A stretch of DNA of 64,000 nt from a virus (taxonomy: Duplodnaviria; Caudoviricetes): positions 1 through 64,000 of the IMG/VR virus record IMGVR_UViG_2509276065_000002; one strand, given 5' to 3'. This document shows, piece after piece, positions 46,208 through 55,452 of the stretch (positions are counted from its first letter, which is position 1; each line of letters starts with the position of its first letter). The notes under the pieces are model-generated. The model did no database searches, had not been told where the DNA came from, and saw nothing but the letters and a program-made list of their open reading frames with translations. Position numbers and translations under genes: made by a program.

Positions 46208-46574
46208 TCTTCCGTATCCCATCGAATAGGGGCTCACCAGTGACGCGATCGTACTTATAACCGCTGTCGGGGGTCAGGGATCCCTGAACGACACTGGCCA
46301 ATATTTCAAGCACCCAGGGGCGGCCGCTGCACTCAATGCAGACGAGGCCCCACGCACTACCCGGCCAGGTCTTCGAACGAAGTGCGTGAGTCACGCGGCT
46401 GTCCACTCCTCGGTATCATGCACGGTCACGACGTACCAGAATGACGCTTCGTCCCGCTTCAGGCTGACGGTCACGCGCTCGCCTGGCTGAAGGGGCGTGT
46501 CGGTTCTGCTCATACCGAAATTCTACCCTTCGGTTTACCATGAGTCATGATTCAAGTGGGCGTGGTGACCTGAC

Positions 46575-47240
46575 GTGTGCGGACGCGTGAACGGGAACTT
46601 CCACCCCACAAACTTCCGGAGCATGTTCGGTCTGCTGCTCCCTCCGCAGTGGCCAGGCGCGTACGCAGTCGCACCCACCATGCCTTACCCGATTGTCAGG
46701 CTGCCTCCTGGTGAGCGTGTGCAGGTGACTCTGGCCCGCTGGGGCCTGGTACCGGCGATGTACCACGGGGTACTGCGCCAGTTCAAACCCAGCACCTTCA
46801 ACGCCCGCAGCGAGGACGTGAAGCAACGTCCGTCCTTCGCCCTGGCATACCGGGAAGCACGCCGTTGCCTGGTGATGGTTCAGAGCTTCTACGAGTGGAG
46901 CGGCAAGCAGGGCCAGCGCCAGCCGTATGAGATTGGGCGCGCTGATGGCCGCCCGCTGGTTCTCGGAGGGCTGTGGGAAACCTGGCTGAGCGAGTTCGGC
47001 CTGATGGAGACCTTCACCCTGCTGACCTGTTCGGCCAATGACCTGATCGCACCACTGCACGACCGGCAACCTGTGATTCTCGAGCGTTCGGACTGGCGGG
47101 CCTGGCTCGATCCCCGCACACCGGAGGAGAAGATCACAGCCCTGCTGCGGCCTTGTTCCGCCGACGTTCTGTCCATCTCCCCTGTCAACAGTCAGGACAC
47201 CCGACCGATGCACAAACGCTCGATAGAGCAGGTGGCCTGA
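46575..47240 (+). CDS. SRAP (YedK/HMCES-family) abasic-site protein
   Basis: N-terminal (M)CGR, RWGLVP, FNARSE, RRCLV...FYEW, LHDRQPVIL. Confidence 0.95.
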   Translation: MCGRVNGNFHPTNFRSMFGLLLPPQWPGAYAVAPTMPYPIVRLPPGERVQVTLARWGLVPAMYHGVLRQFKPSTFNARSEDVKQRPSFALAYREARRCLVMVQSFYEWSGKQGQRQPYEIGRADGRPLVLGGLWETWLSEFGLMETFTLLTCSANDLIAPLHDRQPVILERSDWRAWLDPRTPEEKITALLRPCSADVLSISPVNSQDTRPMHKRSIEQVA

Positions 47241-47479
47241 TGGGCGGCAAGCACGGCATGAACGGCAAAAGCCTGTTCGAGCTGATGGGCGGTCCAGAGC
47301 GCGAGCGGGAGAATGCAGAGCTGCTGAGGATTTGGGGAGATGCCCTCGCCAAAGGTGGCGATACGCCACGCCTAGTGTTCCGCATGATCGGCCAGGAACT
47401 GAGGGCGCGGAACCTCATCCGGCCGGTGGATATTGACCCCAGCTGGAATTACTCCCCGCACCGGTGGTCCAGAACTTAA
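47240..47479 (+). CDS. Hypothetical protein
   Basis: TGATG-coupled to SRAP. Confidence 0.6.
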   Translation: MGGKHGMNGKSLFELMGGPERERENAELLRIWGDALAKGGDTPRLVFRMIGQELRARNLIRPVDIDPSWNYSPHRWSRT

Positions 47480-47493
47480 GCTGAGGAGGACCT

Positions 47494-48135
47494 ATGAAGC
47501 GCCTTCTTACCCTCGCCTGCAGCTTGTGCCTCTCCGCCACCGCTCAGCCTGTTGCGCCACCACCCACAGCACATACGCCTTCTACGCTGGTGTACGGCCT
47601 GGCAGTCAAGCGCAACTGGACCGAGCAGAGCACGCCGTTCTGCACTTCACGCGCTGCTTCCAACATCAGCGTGTCCTACCCGAAAGCACCAAAGGCTGCG
47701 TACCGGCACGTTCGCACGTTCGGCTTCACGTCACGCAACAGTCCGACGACCGAACGAACTATGCTTGATTACACTCCAGCTGGTTTTCAGGTTCCTTACC
47801 CGTGGCAGGTGGGGCAGTGGATGAGCCGGCAGTATGCCGCCGAAGCAACGCCCGGGTACGCTTACCTGCTTGAAGTTCAGGAACGAGCAGATGTGGGTTC
47901 TGGAGGAGCCAACATCTGCATGACCGTGTTCAGCCAACGCAAGTGGACAGCAAAACGAAAACGCCCCGCTCACCGGCACAAAGCCACAAGCGGGGCTGAA
48001 TGTTGTTACTGGCGCTTTGGGATGAAGGAGAGGGCGAGGAAGATTACCCCGCTGAGCGCGACGATGGCCAGAATGACTTCAAGCACATCGACAGCGTACG
48101 CCCAGCGCTACTCATACTTCCTTTACCTTATCTAA
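47494..48135 (+). CDS. Secreted hypothetical protein (C-terminus probably aberrant)
   Basis: GAGGAGG RBS; signal peptide; 3' end runs through a terminator repeat. Confidence 0.5.
   Translation: MKRLLTLACSLCLSATAQPVAPPPTAHTPSTLVYGLAVKRNWTEQSTPFCTSRAASNISVSYPKAPKAAYRHVRTFGFTSRNSPTTERTMLDYTPAGFQVPYPWQVGQWMSRQYAAEATPGYAYLLEVQERADVGSGGANICMTVFSQRKWTAKRKRPAHRHKATSGAECCYWRFGMKERARKITPLSATMARMTSSTSTAYAQRYSYFLYLI
48006..48086 (-). CDS. 26-aa membrane micro-protein (leaderless)
   Basis: TACGCT-N6-GTG; MLEVILAIVALSGVIFLALSFIPKRQ; terminator downstream. Confidence 0.6.
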   Translation of the reverse strand: MLEVILAIVALSGVIFLALSFIPKRQ

Positions 48136-48249
48136 AGGCTGTTGTACAAGCTTCTCTTTCCGCCTTGGGACGACACCCCAGGCGAGCCTGAGCGAGATAA
48201 CGACGAGGGAGGCGGCGAGAATGATTGCGGCATCGATAGCTTCGAGCAC
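48112..48249 (-). CDS. 45-aa membrane micro-protein (leaderless)
   Basis: TATCGT-N6-GTG; MLEAIDAAIILAASLVVISLRLAWGVVPRRKEK... Confidence 0.55.
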   Translation of the reverse strand: MLEAIDAAIILAASLVVISLRLAWGVVPRRKEKLVQQPLDKVKEV

Positions 48250-48338
48250 GGTCAAACGATACAAGATGAATCACAAATAAACGTCAAATATCACTGTACC
48301 CACCTGATCTTCGTCCCAGGCGGGTACCGAACTGCAGG

Positions 48339-49298
48339 TCAGAAGGTGACGGTGCCCGCCGCGACCATCGCCACATTACTTTGGGCAGGCGTCAGCCCGG
48401 TGGCATTGTTCAGGTCGACGTTGTACGAACGGACGTAGGTGTTGTATGTCCCACTGGGCATCTGCTGGCTTGTGAATTCGCGGCTGGCAGGCAAGCTCGA
48501 CACCGGAAGCAGGCTCAATGTTGTGGTGGTACTGGTTCCGGTATGAAAGACCAGGGCTTGCACGTAGGTGACGCCCGTGCCGGCAGTCCCAGTGAGGGTG
48601 TAGCCGCTCGCCGTCAAGTTTACTACCGGATTTTGCATTGCAGGAAGAAGCATATCGGCGTCGATCGAGAATTTGCTGGTGAACGTCTTACCATTCACCA
48701 CCGTGCTCGCCGTGTATTCGCCATCGACTGGCGTGACCGCGGAGTAGTAGGCGCCCCCAAAGCGTACTTCCGTCACGTTCGTCTTCAGAGGGAGGGTTTG
48801 CGTCCCGGTGAAGGCCTGACCACCATTGAACGCTGCGGGTCCTTGGATGGTGACCGGGGCAGCAGCGTCAGGGCCCGTCTGATCGGCTTCACGGAAGCGG
48901 ATCAGGAAGTGGGTACCGACGAGCTTGCTGATGGTGTTGTTGTACGTTCCACCGGTCACCTCCAGGCCGTAGGTGGTGACGTTGGCTGACACGCTTTTTC
49001 CGTCGACGGTAGCAGTGATTTGCACTGGGCTAGCACTGAGCTTCTTGGCGGTGAGGGCGCCGTCGGCTGCCACGGCCACAATGGTGGGGTCGCTGGACGT
49101 CCAGGTGATGGTTTTTCCGTTGAGCGTGTTACCGTTGGCGTCTTTGGCGGCGGCGGTGGCTTTGGTGGGGGCGTTGATCTCGAGTTGTGAGGCGCTGTTG
49201 ATGCTGACGCTGCTGGTCGTGGGGGCGGTGGGGGCGCCGCCTCCACACGCGGCCAGGGCTGGGACGAGCAGCAGGGTCAGTGCAAATTGCTTTTTCAT
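48339..49298 (-). CDS. Lipoprotein with Ig-like (Big_2-type) domain
   Basis: LAAC lipobox; ITWTSSDPTIVAVAADG...ITATVDGKS. Confidence 0.88.
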   Translation of the reverse strand: MKKQFALTLLLVPALAACGGGAPTAPTTSSVSINSASQLEINAPTKATAAAKDANGNTLNGKTITWTSSDPTIVAVAADGALTAKKLSASPVQITATVDGKSVSANVTTYGLEVTGGTYNNTISKLVGTHFLIRFREADQTGPDAAAPVTIQGPAAFNGGQAFTGTQTLPLKTNVTEVRFGGAYYSAVTPVDGEYTASTVVNGKTFTSKFSIDADMLLPAMQNPVVNLTASGYTLTGTAGTGVTYVQALVFHTGTSTTTTLSLLPVSSLPASREFTSQQMPSGTYNTYVRSYNVDLNNATGLTPAQSNVAMVAAGTVTF

Positions 49299-49590
49299 TT
49301 ATTCCCCTTTCAATAAGGCTCGCTCAGCGTAGCCTCATCGTTCCCGTATTCACATTTATCTGTTCAAAATCATCACTTAAGGAGCTGTTTAACTGCAATA
49401 TAAAAAAGATCCCACCTTTCCAGCACTTTGATGCTCAACTACTGACGCAGCTGCTCCACTGCGGCTTGGTGTTGCGCGAGATCGTCCAAGAGTTGAAGAC
49501 ACGACACCTCATCTGACCGGTCAATATCGATCCCGGCTGGGAATAAGATCTTTCTTCTTAACATTTACTCATTTAGCGTTAGAGTGATGT

Positions 49591-50106
49591 ATGGAATTCC
49601 TGCTCGTCATCGCCGTGCTGGCCATTGTCATCATCTTCGTTCTCACACGCCGTCAAGGCGCCATCGGTAGGAACGAACGACCATCGAGCAAGACCCTGCC
49701 CGACCACCTGCCCGTCAAAGCAAAGACCTACTTCTTCTCGCGCAGTGAAAATGCCTTCTACACATCGCTCACTGCCATGCTGGAAGGTACGCCATACCGC
49801 GTCTTCCCAAACGTCCGGCTGAATGACCTCTTCCAGATCACTGCTGACAGTTCGCAGCGATCAAGCGTCTACAACCGGCTGCGTGACAAGCACGTCGATT
49901 TCCTTGTCGTCAGTGCCCGTGACTACAAGCCGCTCTTCGCCATCGAACTGGACGGCGCATCGCACGAGCGCGCCACACAACAGCAGCGCGACGTTGTGAA
50001 GGACCTGGTCTTCAAGAGTGGCGGTTTGGCTCTCGTTCGCTTAGATGCCCGGCAGCCGCATACAGCAGCAAGCCTGCGAGAGGTCCTCGGCAAGTATCTG
50101 AAGTAA
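49591..50106 (+). CDS. DUF2726 family membrane-anchored nuclease-like protein
   Basis: N-terminal TM; SE..FY, VRL.D, KHVDFLV, AIELDG.SH, RD..KD. Confidence 0.88.
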   Translation: MEFLLVIAVLAIVIIFVLTRRQGAIGRNERPSSKTLPDHLPVKAKTYFFSRSENAFYTSLTAMLEGTPYRVFPNVRLNDLFQITADSSQRSSVYNRLRDKHVDFLVVSARDYKPLFAIELDGASHERATQQQRDVVKDLVFKSGGLALVRLDARQPHTAASLREVLGKYLK

Positions 50107-50344
50107 CCCAAGAAAGACGATTTCGAAGCCGATCGACAAACGGAATGACCAAAGTCCCTGGGTTGCATGGCGTTCTACGTGACGGGCAGCGTGCTGGCCG
50201 CCCTCGTGTTCTTTGTCGGATTGCTGCTGATCGCGTACGCACACGCTTCGAGCCTTCCGGCTCCGGAGGCTGGGTCGAGGAGTAACTGTCCGCCTCAGGG
50301 CAGCCTAAAGGAACCTACGCAAAACCCCTGACGATACCCAAGCG

Positions 50345-50378
50345 AAAAAAGCCCCTGCCGATTCCCGGCAGGGGCTTT
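50345..50378. terminator. Bidirectional terminator at the end of the prophage 2 late operon
   Basis: AAAGCCCCTGCCG/CGGCAGGGGCTTT inverted repeat. Confidence 0.85.
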
Positions 50379-50380
50379 CG

Positions 50381-50863
50381 TTACCGCTTCAGGTAAATCA
50401 GGATTGGCCTGACTCCAGAGGCCGGTCGGTAAAACGACGCGCTCGCGGTATCCACCCGGCCATTGGTGAAGGCCAGCGTGAAGTAGGATCTGGCCGCGAC
50501 GTTCGGAATGGTGCAGCGCCACCAGCCCGGCACCGGCAACGGTTGCCCGTTCGATTCCTCTGTGACGGCCGTGCACAGCTTCGCGGCTCCGGCGTCCGGG
50601 GTGAGTCCCGCGCTTCCCACCACCAGCACACCCGGTCCATCCTGCGGATCGGTCGGATCACCCGTGACCGGCGCGTCCGACGGGTTCGTGAGGGTCACCG
50701 CGTCCACCGCCGCGCAGAAGCCCTCAGCGGTCGGACATTTCAGCGCGGGCAGCAGTTGCGCGCTTTCCTCCTGCACCCGTTCGAGCCCCCGCGACAGCGC
50801 CTGCCGGGGCGCACACGACACGAGCGGTATTACCAGCAACGTCAACATCCACAGCCGCTTCAT
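50381..50863 (-). CDS. Lipoprotein at the end of the lysis cassette (spanin-like candidate)
   Basis: LVSC lipobox; four further Cys; position. Confidence 0.65.
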   Translation of the reverse strand: MKRLWMLTLLVIPLVSCAPRQALSRGLERVQEESAQLLPALKCPTAEGFCAAVDAVTLTNPSDAPVTGDPTDPQDGPGVLVVGSAGLTPDAGAAKLCTAVTEESNGQPLPVPGWWRCTIPNVAARSYFTLAFTNGRVDTASASFYRPASGVRPILIYLKR

Positions 50864-51060
50864 AGTCCACGCTCCCGCAAGGCACGCTCCAGGCGGACCT
50901 GCAGATCCAGGCGGGTGTCGGCGTTGAGGTACGCGCTGCCCTCGAAGAGGTCGTCGAGGACCTGGCCGGCCGCTTCGGTCGCGCCGTCCGGTACGCGGTC
51001 CGCCTGGCCGAAGCGTTGCAGCAGCAGGTCCAGCACCATCTTCAGGAGTTGCGCTCTCAT
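50860..51060 (-). CDS. Small hypothetical protein
   Basis: ATGA-coupled at both ends. Confidence 0.6.
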   Translation of the reverse strand: MRAQLLKMVLDLLLQRFGQADRVPDGATEAAGQVLDDLFEGSAYLNADTRLDLQVRLERALRERGL

Positions 51061-51557
51061 ATCCTCCCTCGTCCTGTTTTCGGCGTGGGCGTGTCCACTG
51101 ACCGGATGGGTTCCGCAGCCTCCACCCCGCTTTTGGTGGACTGCTGCAGCTTTACGTAATCACCGAGTCCCTTCAGGACCGCCGTGACGAACGCGATGCC
51201 AGCCGCCGTCCAGCCTTCGACGCCTTGCCCAAACGCGCCGGTGGCAAGGCCGAAAATGGCGGTGATGAGCGTGACGAGGAGGATGTACACGACGCGGGTC
51301 ACGGTGCCATGCGTAGCGCCGTACCGCTTCACGAGCGCCGTGATGGGTGACGCGATCTCCTTGACGAGCCAACCCACCGCAGCGGAAATCAGCGCCCAGA
51401 GCTCCGGGGGAATGCTGTACTTCCCAACGACCACCATGCCGTCCTGCGCGAGTACGAACGGCACGAACAGCATCAGCAGCAACGCGAAACCGAACGTCAG
51501 CAGGAAATGCAGGCGCAGTGCACTGAAGCACCGCAGGGCCATCACAAAACTGTTCAT
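51057..51557 (-). CDS. Multi-TM holin-like protein
   Basis: About four hydrophobic segments; GGAGG RBS. Confidence 0.65.
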   Translation of the reverse strand: MNSFVMALRCFSALRLHFLLTFGFALLLMLFVPFVLAQDGMVVVGKYSIPPELWALISAAVGWLVKEIASPITALVKRYGATHGTVTRVVYILLVTLITAIFGLATGAFGQGVEGWTAAGIAFVTAVLKGLGDYVKLQQSTKSGVEAAEPIRSVDTPTPKTGRGRI

Positions 51558-51641
51558 GGTGTTGCCTCCAAACAAGGCGGGTCGCCCTGACGAGCGACCC
51601 TGGTCGAATTGCCTCTGCGCCACCCAGCGCACCTGGCCCAT

Positions 51642-51671
51642 GAAAAATCACGCGGTGACCTCACCGCGTGA
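51642..51671 (-). terminator. Terminator inside the lysis cassette
   Basis: TCACGCGGTGA/TCACCGCGTGA perfect stem plus TTTTTCA. Confidence 0.65.
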
Positions 51672-51687
51672 AGAGCAGACTGCAAGG

Positions 51688-51936
51688 GTGTCGAACTCTC
51701 TCTCTTCGTCCTGGATCGACCAACTCACCCCCACCCAACGCCAGCAGCTGCAGTGGCTCACCGCGCATCAATGCGAAGTGCAAGCCGTGTGCGTCAAACC
51801 AAACCACACCCGGCTGGAAGTCATCGTGAAGCCTCACATCCTACTCGTCGAAAGCGCACCGAACGTCCGAGAAGCGTTCGAGGTCGTGCACCGGTTGGCC
51901 CGGTACTTGATCACGAAGTCGCTGCACCTGCCGTAG
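51688..51936 (+). CDS. Small hypothetical protein (paralog family A), antisense moron
   Basis: WIDQLTPTQRQQLQWLTAHQCEV; flanked by hairpins. Confidence 0.65.
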   Translation: MSNSLSSSWIDQLTPTQRQQLQWLTAHQCEVQAVCVKPNHTRLEVIVKPHILLVESAPNVREAFEVVHRLARYLITKSLHLP

Positions 51937-51961
51937 TGTCCACCCTGGTGGACACGGTAGT

Positions 51962-53725
51962 TCACCGAGCCACGTCTTGCGCGCCGATGTGCACGCGGCC
52001 TTCTATGACCGGCAGGCCCAGCAGGCGCAATGGGGCGCCCGTGCCTGTCCACACGGCGGGACTGCCCGCCGAGAGACGCAGGTCGTTCGCGCCCGGGTTC
52101 ACGAGGCGCGGATCGACCGTGCGGTTCGTCGTGGGGCGCGTGGCACCGTTCGTGTAGCGCACGCTGGGATTCCCGCCGACGCGCCAGAAGAGGTTGTGAC
52201 CGTCATCGAAGGTGCCGTCCGTCCACAGCGCGTGGTTGCGGTCGTTAAGGCTCTGCTGCTGCACGATGATGTTGTTACGCGCGCTGAGAATCTCGGGTGA
52301 GCAGCCGTCCGAACAGAGGATGCCGTCCCGCACGCCCCAGGCGGTGTTGTTGTAAAAGCGCGTGCCGGGATTGCCGCCCCACTTGGCGCCGTGACCACGC
52401 ACGATCAGCGTCTGCCCTCCCACCCTGGTGCTGTAGGCATTGAAGGCGAAGGTGTTGTTCTCGCTGCGGCAAGTGGGCGTACCGCCCAGTTCGGCCATGG
52501 TCGTTTCGTCCACCAGGGTGTTTTCGAGGATCAGATTGCCGCTGGTCTTGTACAGCTCGAACGACGCGCCCTCGACACCGTAGTCCTCGCTGCAGCCGGA
52601 ATTGCCGCTGAAGTAGTTGTTGATGACCCGGTTGTTTTTACCGTTGAGCAGCACGCCCCACGCGCCGGAGTCGTCGTCGTACTTCACGCTCGCGGGCGTG
52701 TTGGTACTGATGACGGTGTTCTTCACGAGCCGCGAGTCGCGCACCTCGTTGTGTTCGCTGCCCTCCTGGAAGTGCACGCCGGCGGTCATGCCGTAGGCCG
52801 TGCTTTGCCGCACGACATTGTTTCGCGCGGAAGCGGTGAAGGTGAAACCCGTCGTCCAGCCCTGCGGCTGATTGGGACACCGGAGGGTGCCGCTGAAGGA
52901 GGGGTTCTTGGCCTTCCAGCTGCTCGGCAGGTCCGCACTGACCTGCAGATGCTCGAAGATCAACCACTCCCCGCGGATCTGCACCACCGGCCCGTTGCTG
53001 CTGCCCTTCACGAGAGGAGAGTCACCATTCGTGCCGTACGCGCTGATCACGATGGGTTTTTCACGCGTGCCTTTCCAGGTGGCGTTCAGCACCTCCTTGA
53101 ACACCTGCCCCTTGCGCAGCCGCAAGGTCGCTCCGGGCGGCAGGACCTCCCGGCTGGCGCGCGCCAAACTCTTCCAGGGTCGTGCCTGCGTACCGGGATT
53201 CGTGTCGTTGCCGCTGACGGCGTCCACGTACCACGCGGGCGTCACCTGGGCAGGTTGCACCACGACGGGCGCGTCGCCTTCCACCGTGACTTCCGTGATG
53301 GCGCTGGCGGTGTTCTGGGTGTTGCCGAAACTCGTGACGCGCACGAAACGCGCGGTGCTCGGCGTGAGGTCGAAGGGTTGCAATTCACGCGACAGGCCGG
53401 AACTGATGCCGAGCGGCAGCACCTGCCGCCACGTCGTACCGTCACTGGACGTCTCGACGAGAAACGCTGCCCGGCGCGCGTCACCCGCGTAGAAGGCGAC
53501 GTTCAGGCGCCGCACGACCGAATTCGCGGGCACTTCCACTGTGAAGGTGTGGTAGGGCTGGCCGGGCGTCCAGTCGGCACTCCACCAGGTGTTGAGGTTG
53601 CGGTCGATCGCGGCGGAAGCGGGATTGGTGGATTTCTGTGCGGACGCAGTGACACCCCGGATGGTGAGGGGTGCGGCGAGCGCGAGTGAACCCGTCAGGA
53701 CGAGCAAAGGAAACAGGCGGTGCAT
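51962..53725 (-). CDS. Secreted discoidin (F5/8C) plus right-handed beta-helix protein
   Basis: Signal peptide; AIDRNLNTWWS...ARFVRV; YVDAVSGND.N.GT...PWKSL; Asn-ladder repeats. Confidence 0.85.
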   Translation of the reverse strand: MHRLFPLLVLTGSLALAAPLTIRGVTASAQKSTNPASAAIDRNLNTWWSADWTPGQPYHTFTVEVPANSVVRRLNVAFYAGDARRAAFLVETSSDGTTWRQVLPLGISSGLSRELQPFDLTPSTARFVRVTSFGNTQNTASAITEVTVEGDAPVVVQPAQVTPAWYVDAVSGNDTNPGTQARPWKSLARASREVLPPGATLRLRKGQVFKEVLNATWKGTREKPIVISAYGTNGDSPLVKGSSNGPVVQIRGEWLIFEHLQVSADLPSSWKAKNPSFSGTLRCPNQPQGWTTGFTFTASARNNVVRQSTAYGMTAGVHFQEGSEHNEVRDSRLVKNTVISTNTPASVKYDDDSGAWGVLLNGKNNRVINNYFSGNSGCSEDYGVEGASFELYKTSGNLILENTLVDETTMAELGGTPTCRSENNTFAFNAYSTRVGGQTLIVRGHGAKWGGNPGTRFYNNTAWGVRDGILCSDGCSPEILSARNNIIVQQQSLNDRNHALWTDGTFDDGHNLFWRVGGNPSVRYTNGATRPTTNRTVDPRLVNPGANDLRLSAGSPAVWTGTGAPLRLLGLPVIEGRVHIGAQDVAR

Positions 53726-53782
53726 AGGGCAACCTCCGTAAAACAGCGTGGACTCCGAGGAGTCCACTGGGCAGATTGAGCT

Positions 53783-54418
53783 TCACTTCTTGCCGGAGAC
53801 GAGCACCGTGCCGTCATCACGCCGCGTGACCGTCAAACCGCCGTAACGGGTGACTTCCCCGGTCATGCGGACTTCCCCACCGCCAGGCTCTTCGAAGAAC
53901 ACTTCCGCGAGGGCGTCCAGCGGGGGTGGTTGAATCAACACCAACGCCGAGCGAACCAGGGTCACGTACCGCTCCCACGGCCAGGTGGGACCCGGGCAGT
54001 TCTTGCGGGCCGTGCGTTTCGGGTTGACTTCGTTGTGCCCGATCAGGTGCGTGCGGTCCGCGGGAATGCCGTAGCGCAGGCACAAGCCGGCCACGAGGCT
54101 CGCGCTGGCCCGCAGTTGCGCGTCGCTGGGCGTCCAGGGTTCCACGCTGGGGCGTCCCTCGTGCTCGATGCCGATCGAGCGGCGGTTCATCAAGGTGTCC
54201 CCGGCATGCCAGGCGGTGTCGTCCTCCCGCACGCTCTGCCCCACCCGGCCGTTCATTGCGACGGTGTAGTGCGCGCTGACGTTGCAGTCGGGATTGGCGA
54301 ACCAGCTGAGGGTGCCGTCGTACGAACCGTCCGCCACGTGAATCACCACCCGGTCGATGGGCACCCCGCGACCGCGCGCGTAATTTCCACCGTGGGCAGG
54401 TCGTTGTTCGATGCTCAT
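53783..54418 (-). CDS. Endolysin, N-acetylmuramoyl-L-alanine amidase (Amidase_2)
   Basis: VVIH, SAHY, AWHAG, SIGIEHEG, GHNEV, CPG. Confidence 0.95.
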   Translation of the reverse strand: MSIEQRPAHGGNYARGRGVPIDRVVIHVADGSYDGTLSWFANPDCNVSAHYTVAMNGRVGQSVREDDTAWHAGDTLMNRRSIGIEHEGRPSVEPWTPSDAQLRASASLVAGLCLRYGIPADRTHLIGHNEVNPKRTARKNCPGPTWPWERYVTLVRSALVLIQPPPLDALAEVFFEEPGGGEVRMTGEVTRYGGLTVTRRDDGTVLVSGKK

Positions 54419-54708
54419 GCGCTTTCCCTTCGGGTGGTCTGGTGCTTCCGCAGGCGCCGTGGGCGTTGCCGGAGCGTCACCAGGGTGATCAACAGCAGGT
54501 GCAGCGCCACCCCGCCCGCCAGGACCAGCAGCGCCATACCCATCCCGGGCAGCCACACGGCGAGGCCGACGACCATCAACGCGGAGAGCAGCCCGGATAT
54601 TTTGAAGGCGTTTTCTCGTCTGAACAGCCAGATCAGCGTCGTCGACGCGCCGAGAGCGAAGGCCAGCAGCAGCGTCGTGAGTTCCACGTACGCGAGCGCT
54701 TCATTCAT
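54415..54708 (-). CDS. 3-TM holin-like protein
   Basis: Three TM segments with basic tail, directly before the endolysin. Confidence 0.65.
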   Translation of the reverse strand: MNEALAYVELTTLLLAFALGASTTLIWLFRRENAFKISGLLSALMVVGLAVWLPGMGMALLVLAGGVALHLLLITLVTLRQRPRRLRKHQTTRRESA

Positions 54709-55168
54709 CGCGGTCCTCCTGAGGGGTTTCGTATCGGGCGAGCGCGGCGCGCATCACCTCGAAATCCTCGCGCAGTTCGCTCGCGCGCACTTCCAGCCGC
54801 GCATACTCCACGCGCATGCGGTCATTCGCGCGGAAAGTGCGCTCAGCCTGCCGGGCGAGCAGTTCGAGCGTGATCGACCCGGCACTGAGAAACGCGGCGA
54901 GCGTCATGGTGCGAATCGATGACAACAACGGCAGGCTTTCGCTGCTGGGCGCCAGGAACACCAGCACTTCCAGCACGCCAGGAACGTCCGCGGAGACCAT
55001 CAGGACGTACAGGAGTCCGCAGAGCACCATCACGACCGCCCAGGCGTACAAGGCGGGGTTGTGCGCGCGGGTGGCCCAGCGGATCACCTGAAAGGAGAGC
55101 GCGCCGATGCTGCCCACCAACCACGCGAGCGCCAGCACCGCCAGAAATTCTTCACGGCTGACTGCCAT
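54701..55168 (-). CDS. Membrane protein with C-terminal coiled coil (holin/antiholin-like)
   Basis: TM segments then heptads. Confidence 0.6.
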   Translation of the reverse strand: MAVSREEFLAVLALAWLVGSIGALSFQVIRWATRAHNPALYAWAVVMVLCGLLYVLMVSADVPGVLEVLVFLAPSSESLPLLSSIRTMTLAAFLSAGSITLELLARQAERTFRANDRMRVEYARLEVRASELREDFEVMRAALARYETPQEDRDE

Positions 55169-55364
55169 CGTCGTCCTCTTCTTTCTTGGCTCGGTTGTTG
55201 ACCATCCCGGCGATGGCGGTGACCAGCGTGCCGGCCAGCGTGAACAGCGGCACGCCGATCTCACGGTCGAACGTGCCGGTGACGGCGTAACGAAACACGA
55301 CGGCCAGCAGTGCCACGCCGACGCAGACGGCGAATGAGATCAAGATCCAGAAGGTGCTTCCCAC
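55152..55364 (-). CDS. 2-TM holin-like protein
   Basis: GGAGG RBS before GTG 55364; two TM segments, charged tail. Confidence 0.6.
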   Translation of the reverse strand: MGSTFWILISFAVCVGVALLAVVFRYAVTGTFDREIGVPLFTLAGTLVTAIAGMVNNRAKKEEDDDGSQP

Positions 55365-55452
55365 GGTTCCTCCCCTCACCCGGCGGGGAGCGGACGCGCG
55401 GCGTGCCGCCCGCGCGTCCGTGAGGAATCACCGGTCCGTATAGTGCAAGGAG

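Noticed and set aside
50167-50331. Hydrophobic small ORF after DUF2726
   Set aside because: No clear RBS or -10 box; probably a gene fragment
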